A DNA stretch of 64,000 bases from Acidimicrobiia bacterium (GTDB lineage: Bacteria > Actinomycetota > Acidimicrobiia > Spongiisociales > UBA5794). The DNA lies in NCBI GenBank assembly GCA_029939995.1, contig JAOZRW010000002.1:18265-82264 (forward strand), written 5' to 3'. The position numbers were made by a program, and so were the translations under genes. The notes under the pieces were generated by a model. It saw only the letters and a list, made by a program, of their open reading frames with translations, made no database searches and was not told the DNA's origin. Shown piece by piece: positions 60,444 through 64,000 of this stretch (positions are counted from its first letter, which is position 1; each line of letters begins with the position of its first letter).

Positions 60444-60955
60444 CGCTCCCCCGCGTCGTCGAGGTTCCCGTCCGATCGGTGCATCACAATCGATCGGGCT
60501 TTGAATCCCTTGGATTCGAAGAAGTTCTTCGCCATGCGGTGCCCCGGGCTGACCGGAGCGTCGAAGAACTCGACACCGCGGCCGGTCAAGTGGTCGAGCG
60601 CCGCTGCGAGCATGGCCGCCCCCACACCGACCCCGCGGGCGTCGTGTTCGGTGTAGATCAGTTTGATCACGCCGATACGCCGGTCGTCCATGGGTGGGAG
60701 AAGCGCCTCTTCGACGGCCGCCAACAGTCCGAGCGGCGCACCGTCGATCTCTCCGACGATCACGACGGCAGCCTGGTCTTCGAGCAGACTCGCGATCGCG
60801 TTCTCGACGGGTGGTCCCAATCCGTCGGCGTACGGCCAGATGGGCCGGATGGCTCGTTGCTCGTCGACCAGACGGTCGTACATCTCGACCAGATGGTCCA
60901 CGTCGGCTGCCGTTGCACGGCGTGCGGTGATGATCATGGAAGCGGTGGGTGACAC
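60440..60955 (-). CDS. GNAT family N-acetyltransferase
   Basis: The pattern DARGVGVGAAMLAAALDHL...RMAKNFFESKGF is consistent with the acetyl-CoA-binding region. GTG 60955 (ATG 60937 is an alternative). ATGA overlap with the HAD gene. Confidence 0.72.
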   Translation of the reverse strand: MSPTASMIITARRATAADVDHLVEMYDRLVDEQRAIRPIWPYADGLGPPVENAIASLLEDQAAVVIVGEIDGAPLGLLAAVEEALLPPMDDRRIGVIKLIYTEHDARGVGVGAAMLAAALDHLTGRGVEFFDAPVSPGHRMAKNFFESKGFKARSIVMHRSDGNLDDAGER

Positions 60956-61031
60956 GGCCGCAAGAGTATCAAGGAGGCGTCGCCAATCGAACCGCCCAAC
61001 CGTGGGCCGAAATCGCGCCTATGTCCGCCTC

Positions 61032-61046
61032 CGAACCCTGGGTTCG
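61032..61046. repeat. perfect 15-bp palindrome CGAACCCTGGGTTCG sharing a 14-nt core with the 29400-29519 element
   Basis: Read directly. GAACCCTGGGTTCG at 61033-61046 is identical to 29501-29514. It lies 14 nt downstream of the ppm1 stop, in the 104-bp gap before the GNAT gene. Confidence 0.8.
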
Positions 61047-61059
61047 CCCGGTGGTCGGG

Positions 61060-61827
61060 TCAGCGGCGGCCGAACCGGCGCTGCCATCCCCACCGGGTGA
61101 CGAGGCGCATCGCTTCGATCGCGATGGCACTCGACATCTTCGACGTCCCGGCTTCCCGATCCTTGAACCGGATGGGAACCTCGGTGATCGTCATTCCCGC
61201 CTCCGAGGCGCGCCACGCCATCTCCACCTGGAAGGCGTATCCGGAAGCGTCGCACGTCTCCGGTTCGAGACGACGGATCGCATCGGTTCTGAACGCCCGG
61301 AACCCCGCCGTCGCGTCTCGAACGTCGATGCCGAGCATCAGGGCTGCGTAGCGGTTCCCTCCTCGGGAGATCAGCCTCCGGTGCCACGGCCAATCGTCGG
61401 CACCCCCACCGGGGACGTACCGGCTCCCGATCGCGAGATCCGCACCGTTCTCGATAGCCGCGACGAGGCGAGGCAGATCGGCCGGATCGTGGGAGAAGTC
61501 CGCGTCCATCTCGCAGAGGATGGTTGCGTCGAGTTCCGCCGCGTGTGCGAAGCCGGCGGCGTACGCCTTGCCGAGGCCCGCCTTCTCGCTCCTGTGAAGC
61601 ACCGACACCCCGTCGTCGCTTGTAGCAAGCGCATCCGCCGTGTCGCCCGTCCCGTCCGGCGAGCCGTCGTCGACAACGAGGAGTCGGTAGCCCCGGCTGC
61701 GAACCGCGGCAGCGATCGCCTCGATGTTCTCGGCCTCGTTGTAGGTCGGTACGATCACGATGACTTCGTCCGGAAGGATCATCGTCGCATCCGGCGCGGT
61801 TCGAACGACGGTCGGTTGTGTCTCCAT
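61060..61827 (-). CDS. ppm1: polyprenol-phosphate mannosyltransferase (GT2, Ppm1/Dpm1-like)
   Basis: VIVPTYNEAENI, VVDDGSPDGT, MDADFSHDP and GYAFQVE motifs. Confidence 0.88.
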   Translation of the reverse strand: METQPTVVRTAPDATMILPDEVIVIVPTYNEAENIEAIAAAVRSRGYRLLVVDDGSPDGTGDTADALATSDDGVSVLHRSEKAGLGKAYAAGFAHAAELDATILCEMDADFSHDPADLPRLVAAIENGADLAIGSRYVPGGGADDWPWHRRLISRGGNRYAALMLGIDVRDATAGFRAFRTDAIRRLEPETCDASGYAFQVEMAWRASEAGMTITEVPIRFKDREAGTSKMSSAIAIEAMRLVTRWGWQRRFGRR

Positions 61828-61905
61828 GGAGACAGTATCGGACCCGGGGACCGTCGCCTTGAAGCGGAATCCCCGCTCACGGGTGGTTCCGTCCGGTTCC
61901 GCCGA

Positions 61906-62313
61906 TCAACCGGCGCAGTCTTTGCAGATCTTCTTCCGCGGGTTCGCGAGCTGGCTCGTCTTCAACACCAGGAAACACTTCGAGCACACGAACTCCCCCT
62001 CGGTCGCCTCGGCGACACCCTGCTGGTCCATCGCCAGCTCGGCCATCCGGATCGCCCGCATCTCCGCCGCTTCGTCGACGACGAGCGTCTCGTTCGTTTC
62101 GTCCTCGGTGAGCATCTCGAGCTCTTCCGCTTCGAGTTCGTCCAGTGCCTCTTCTTCGGCTTCCTCTACGACCTCGTCGGCGGTCTCATCGTCGACGGCC
62201 CCGTCGTCGACGGCTCCGATCACGTCGTCGCTCAGCTCTTCGTCGTCGATGACTTCGGCCAGATCCGTCGCATCCTCGGGTGGATTCTCGTCGATGATCT
62301 CGTCGATTGGCAT
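61906..62313 (-). CDS. DUF4193 family protein (acidic N-terminus, C-terminal CxxC...CxxC)
   Basis: GEFVCSKCFLVLKTSQLANPRKKICKDCAG C-terminus. ATG 62313 has GGAGG 8 nt upstream (the track start 62346 is less likely). Confidence 0.75.
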   Translation of the reverse strand: MPIDEIIDENPPEDATDLAEVIDDEELSDDVIGAVDDGAVDDETADEVVEEAEEEALDELEAEELEMLTEDETNETLVVDEAAEMRAIRMAELAMDQQGVAEATEGEFVCSKCFLVLKTSQLANPRKKICKDCAG

Positions 62314-62372
62314 GGGTACAACCTCCTGCGGCGCGGGAGCATACACGGCGAAGCGTCTATCCGTAGACGCTT

Positions 62373-63257
62373 TCAGATCTTGAAGAGCAACCGGCCCCGG
62401 ATGGTCTCAGCCGTGAACGATCCCGACCCGATGACCTCACCGTCGGCTTCGACGAGCCATCCGCTCGGAATCGCTGCGGAAACGCTCGCACCGATGGTGC
62501 GCCGCACCGATCGATGCGTCAGATGCGTGCCGCGCGTGATGCGTCGGATGATCACGGGAGCGTCCTTCCGTGACCCCGAGATCACCTGGACGTCGAACAG
62601 GCCGTCTCCGGCGGAAGCCGTGGGGGCCACGTTCATGCCCCCTCCGAAGTACTGACCGATCGCGACCACGACGTTCATCGCTTTGGCGTCGATCACCCGG
62701 CCGTCGCATTCGATGTGGAGATGGCCGGGCTGCGTTCTCCCGAGAGCGAGCCAGAATCCGGCGAGGTAGCGTTTCGGGCCGAGACGCGTTGGGAATCGTC
62801 CGGCTTCCACCACGGTTCGAGCCGCGATCCCTGCGTTCGCGGCGTTGAGGAAGTAGCGGCTGCCGAAACTCCCTTCGAGGAGACCGATGTCCACCGCGTA
62901 CCGTTCCTCGCCGAGGAGGTGATCGGCTGCGTCTTCGAGGCGGTTGGGGATCGCGAAGGTTCGTATGTAGTCGCTTCCGCTGCCTCCCGGGAGGATCGCA
63001 AGCGTCGGTGGCGTCGGCCATTCGAGTGCCTGGAGCCCGTTCACGACCAGGTTCGCCGTGCCGTCGCCTCCCACGGCGACGAACGACCCGTATCCCCGGC
63101 TCCGGCCCTCCGAGACGATGCCCTCGATCGCGTTCGCGGACGGTGAGACGCGCATGACGTGCTCGAGCCCGCGGGCGTTCATCGCCCTCGTCACACGAGC
63201 AGCAAGATCCTCCCCGCGTCCCGCCGCCGGGTTGACGACCACCCACCACCGGGTCAT
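62373..63257 (-). CDS. diacylglycerol/lipid kinase family protein (YegS/LCB5-like)
   Basis: MTRWWVVVNPAAGRG, AVGGDGTANLVVNG and LPGGSGSDY motifs. Only the last 294 codons of track ORF 62373..63983 look coding. Confidence 0.85.
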   Translation of the reverse strand: MTRWWVVVNPAAGRGEDLAARVTRAMNARGLEHVMRVSPSANAIEGIVSEGRSRGYGSFVAVGGDGTANLVVNGLQALEWPTPPTLAILPGGSGSDYIRTFAIPNRLEDAADHLLGEERYAVDIGLLEGSFGSRYFLNAANAGIAARTVVEAGRFPTRLGPKRYLAGFWLALGRTQPGHLHIECDGRVIDAKAMNVVVAIGQYFGGGMNVAPTASAGDGLFDVQVISGSRKDAPVIIRRITRGTHLTHRSVRRTIGASVSAAIPSGWLVEADGEVIGSGSFTAETIRGRLLFKI

Positions 63258-64000
63258 ACGCGACCACCCGCGGAGACGATGCCCCGATCGGTCGCTTGGA
63301 TCGTCGCCGCAGCGACTCCCGCGATCGATGGGAAGGTGTCTCGGAGCTGCCGCATGAGATCGAGGAGCTGCCGGCAGTTCCGGACGAAGTCCCCCGCAGA
63401 GAACACGTCTTCTCCGAAGATGTCCTCCAGGTCCGCTCCCGACACCCATGCGTACGCGTACGGGGCGAATCCCGGTTCCGGATGCCCGGTTGCGGCGACG
63501 CCGCGCCGCTCCTCCACGGCGGTCAGCCGACCCCAGACCTCCTCGATCGCTTCGAAGCGGTCCTCGACGACCCCGACGAGCCGCGTCTCCTCCGGATCCG
63601 ATGTTCGCGGCTCGAACGTGAACATCGACACCGTCGCCCCGAACTCGGCGGGCGAGAGGCCGTCGAGGAGCCCACGCTCGATCGCCTCGGTGAGCAGCAG
63701 GTCGTGCTCGCTGTAGACGTTGCGCAGACGCCGCCCCTTCGTCGACAGATGCCAGCGATCGACGTATCCGAGTTCGGACAGCACACCGAGTCGTGCGTTG
63801 AATCGTTCGACGATGTCGTCCGCCTGCCGTCTCCTCCGCCGCTCGAGGCGGCGGAGGTCCTTCTCCGCCCGCCGTGCGCGTGCCAGCGCCGCGAGATGCT
63901 CGTCGAGTCTCGGACAGGAAGCAACGGTTCCTGTTTCCGGGGCCGTATCGTCGGGGCCTTCCGGCGCATCCTCGGACGACCATGTCTTCAGAAGGCCGGC
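63254..64000 (-). CDS. DEAD/DEAH-box helicase C-terminal region (HelY/Ski2-like, DSHCT domain), 5'-truncated by window edge
   Basis: My hand translation shows the frame open to position 64000. LGVLSELGYVDRWHLSTKGRRLRNVYSEHDLLLTEAIERG...FAPYAYAWVSG resembles the HelY C-terminus. ATGA overlap with the kinase gene. Confidence 0.75.
   Translation of the reverse strand, partial: AGLLKTWSSEDAPEGPDDTAPETGTVASCPRLDEHLAALARARRAEKDLRRLERRRRRQADDIVERFNARLGVLSELGYVDRWHLSTKGRRLRNVYSEHDLLLTEAIERGLLDGLSPAEFGATVSMFTFEPRTSDPEETRLVGVVEDRFEAIEEVWGRLTAVEERRGVAATGHPEPGFAPYAYAWVSGADLEDIFGEDVFSAGDFVRNCRQLLDLMRQLRDTFPSIAGVAAATIQATDRGIVSAGGRV

Overview
This is a high-GC (by eye about two-thirds G+C), very gene-dense chromosomal segment. 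Its gene content and local gene order match an Actinomycetota core genome. I call about 75 protein genes and one tRNA-Pro(GGG). I see no rRNA, no CRISPR array and no transposase, integrase or phage genes; XerD is the only recombinase. Three blocks match well-known Mycobacterium tuberculosis neighbourhoods (gene order from memory). (1) pgsA-like / gcvH / FHA GarA-like / MerR / bifunctional nuclease / MerR, about 29.9-34.9 kb, Rv1822-Rv1830-like. (2) scpA / scpB / rluB / cmk, about 48.2-52.1 kb, Rv1709-Rv1712-like, with aroA inserted. (3) xerD / NUDIX / pyrG / recN / nadK / tlyA / small ORF / HAD phosphatase, about 53.0-60.4 kb, Rv1701-Rv1692-like. The rest is ordinary metabolism and transport: penicillin-acylase family, MFS, dehydrogenases, a heme/siderophore-type ABC importer, TrkAH, P450, two acyl-CoA dehydrogenases, adenosine deaminase, PpgK, Na/Pi cotransporter, acyl-CoA carboxyltransferase, Der, IspH, AroA and Ppm1. 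A HelY-like helicase gene runs off the right edge. Many long Arg/Pro/Gly-rich ORFs in the six-frame track are alternative-frame artefacts of high GC and are not called. I did not find a convincing new multi-gene system such as a defence island or mobile element. The items most worth a second look are listed here. (a) A 120-bp extragenic element with perfect 25-bp inverted repeats and a nested hairpin (29400-29519); its core palindrome recurs at 61032-61046. (b) Two S4-domain RNA-modification genes (rluB, tlyA) whose conserved N-termini lie upstream of any ATG/GTG/TTG, implying ATC and CTG starts; the CTG sits in an NTGA stop/start overlap of the kind used at about 15 other junctions in the window. 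(c) An FGGY kinase tightly linked to a clear sphingosine-1-phosphate-lyase homologue. (d) A very acidic protein made of seven D-x-[DST]-G-D-G-x-x-D repeats. (e) A Thr-rich lipoprotein translationally coupled to the HmuTUV-like importer. (f) An unlisted 49-codon membrane peptide coupled to the carboxyltransferase at the end of a DUF512-der operon.
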